Source: Callorhinchus milii
Lineage: Eukaryota
Reading direction: 5' to 3'
Assembly (NCBI RefSeq): GCF_018977255.1
Contig: NW_024704743.1
Coordinates: 11,968,001 to 12,032,000 of the forward strand
Length of the DNA stretch: 64,000 bases
Shown in pieces: positions 62,466-64,000 of the stretch. The translations under genes were made by a program, and so were the position numbers. Positions within the stretch are counted from its first letter, which is position 1; the number at the start of each line of letters is the position of its first letter. The notes under the pieces were generated by a model, which ran no database searches, had not been told where the DNA came from, and saw nothing but the letters and a program-made list of their open reading frames with translations.

Positions 62466-62702
62466 GAGTCAGCAGCTCAGAGAGGAGGAGGTTGCTTCCC
62501 CTGCGAAAACAAATTGATCACTCAATCCACGACTGCTGTGTGTAATTGGCTGCCATGTTTTGCGCACAAAATAAACAGTCAATCCACTTTACAGTATATT
62601 CTGTATATTGTATATTGTATCAAATGCAAGGATTATTATTATTGATTAACATTGTCTTTTTTTTCCTCTCTCTCCCCACCCCCCCCCCCTTAACCCTCTC
62701 AG

Positions 62703-62817
62703 ACAACCGGGAGACGATAGCCAAATGCTGGTGTGCGACACTTGTGACAAAGGCTATCACACGTTTTGTCTCCAACCAGTGATGGAGTCCATCCCCACCA
62801 ATGGCTGGCGGTGTAAA
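62703..62817 (+). CDS. KMT2C: KMT2C coding exon (exon 9 equivalent), PHD3: QPGDDSQMLVCDTCDKGYHTFCLQPVMESIPTNGWRCK
   Basis: ctctcag| acceptor and AAA|gtaagt donor; 115 nt, phase 2 to phase 0. MLVCDTCDKGYHTFCLQP matches KMT2C. Confidence 0.97.
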
Positions 62818-62829
62818 GTAAGTGATGGC

Positions 62830-63155
62830 ATCTCTAACCTCTCCAACCTGCTTACCCCCAACTCACAACCCATTGCCTCCGCTCAATTGGCTCTGGCTTC
62901 CTGCATGTCCCTCGTGCCCTCCATTCTACCATCGGTGGCCACTCTTTCAGCCGCTGTGCCCCAAAGTTCTGGAACATTCTTCCTCTATCTTACCCCTTGC
63001 AAGATAGAATAGCCTTGCCCCCTCCTTGTCCAGCTTCAGGTCGCGCTTAAAGACCCTCCTCTTCGAACATGCCTACGGTCACCCTGCTCCGCTCGGCATC
63101 GTGCTCCGCTCTGGGACCCTGTGTGAGGGGCGCTATATAAATGCAAGTTGTTGAT
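62830..63155 (+). mobile_element. L2 3' fragment (second subfamily) starting just after the exon 9 donor
   Basis: Similar to the reverse complement of 57865-58370; tail gaggggcgctatataaatgcaagttgttg. Confidence 0.8.
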
Positions 63156-63639
63156 GTCGATGAACAAAACCTGCTACAATCCCTGAGACCCAAATTACAC
63201 CGACTGTCAGCCTGTAAAACCCTTTTGTAGCTTTAGAAAGAAGTATTGCAAGAACAGCAAGAATCTTGAGTTTGAAAAAAATACTTTGTGTTAATTTAGA
63301 ATTGCGTCCAAGAGAAAGATAGAGAATGTGTGTGAAAGAGAGAGAGAGAAGGGAACAGAAGGGGATGGAAGGGAGAAGGAATGAGTGGAGACTCGTGTGG
63401 AGTATAAACACCGGCACAGACTGGCTGGGACGTGTGACTTGTTTCCTTACTGTATGTATGAAAAAATATGTAAGCCTTTTCCTGCACCCCTTCTCTAAAA
63501 AAAGAATCAGGCTACTAAATTAAGGTTTTAAATTTAACAATTTTGCATAACATTATATGTTAAAGACGGCATGATCTTCATGGGCTGAGACTAGGTGGAA
63601 CATATGGTTTTGTGAATATTGTAGATAGTCTTAAAGTTG

Positions 63640-64000
63640 TCAGTGTAGCACTCTGGCTCTGAGTAAGAAGGTTGTGGGTTCACGTTGGGACTTTGAGCTC
63701 ACATAGTCCAGGCTGACACTTTAATGAGGTGAGTGGGAGAGCACTGCATTGTCAAAGACAAGAATCTTTGGATGACGTTAAACCGAGAGCCTCTCTGTGC
63801 CTGTTCAATTGGATGTTAAAGATCCAATGGCACTATTCAAAACGAGAAGGGAATTTCTCCTGGTGTTCTGGCCAACAATCCCCCAAATACACTAACAACA
63901 ACAACAACAACATGCACTTCTATAGTGTCCTCCATGCAGGGCAGAGTCTCAGCACTTAGCATGTCCCAAAAATTGGTTACTTCATGGCTGTTTGTTCACA
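63640..64000 (+). mobile_element. DeuSINE running off the window end
   Basis: gagtaagaaggttgtgggttc head and ggatgttaaagatccaatggcactattc core. Confidence 0.8.

Noticed and set aside
59952..62817. Assignment to KMT2D rather than KMT2C
   Set aside because: The PHD fingers are similar in both paralogs, but the upstream exons (RSRGKTAVEDEDS, LVNVDKAVVSG, HIDQAPER) match KMT2C as I recall it. A reciprocal BLAST would confirm.

Overview
This is eukaryotic (vertebrate) genomic DNA, most likely from a cartilaginous fish. That assignment is an inference from the repeat complement: DeuSINE/SacSINE1-like SINEs, L2 and CR1 LINEs, and shark-type Penelope ends. The window lies inside one plus-strand gene, KMT2C (MLL3). 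Eight coding exons (equivalent to exons 2-9) have canonical AG/GT boundaries and splice into one uninterrupted reading frame encoding the N-terminal region, the extended PHD1 and PHD2-PHD3. Exon 1 and exon 10 onward lie outside the window. The introns consist largely of nested retroelements: two SINE families and at least two L2 subfamilies that share a covarying 3' stem-loop, CR1 copies that share one frameshift, a Penelope 3' end carrying a minimal hammerhead-ribozyme motif, and an unclassified repeat. The most unusual signal is a recurring set of locally templated duplications: perfect fold-backs, inverted copies of TE junctions, and a SINE::CR1 junction duplicated about 24.6 kb away. Almost all ORF-track entries other than the exons and LINE fragments are spurious. 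Repeat family names are by recognition only and repeat boundaries are approximate.
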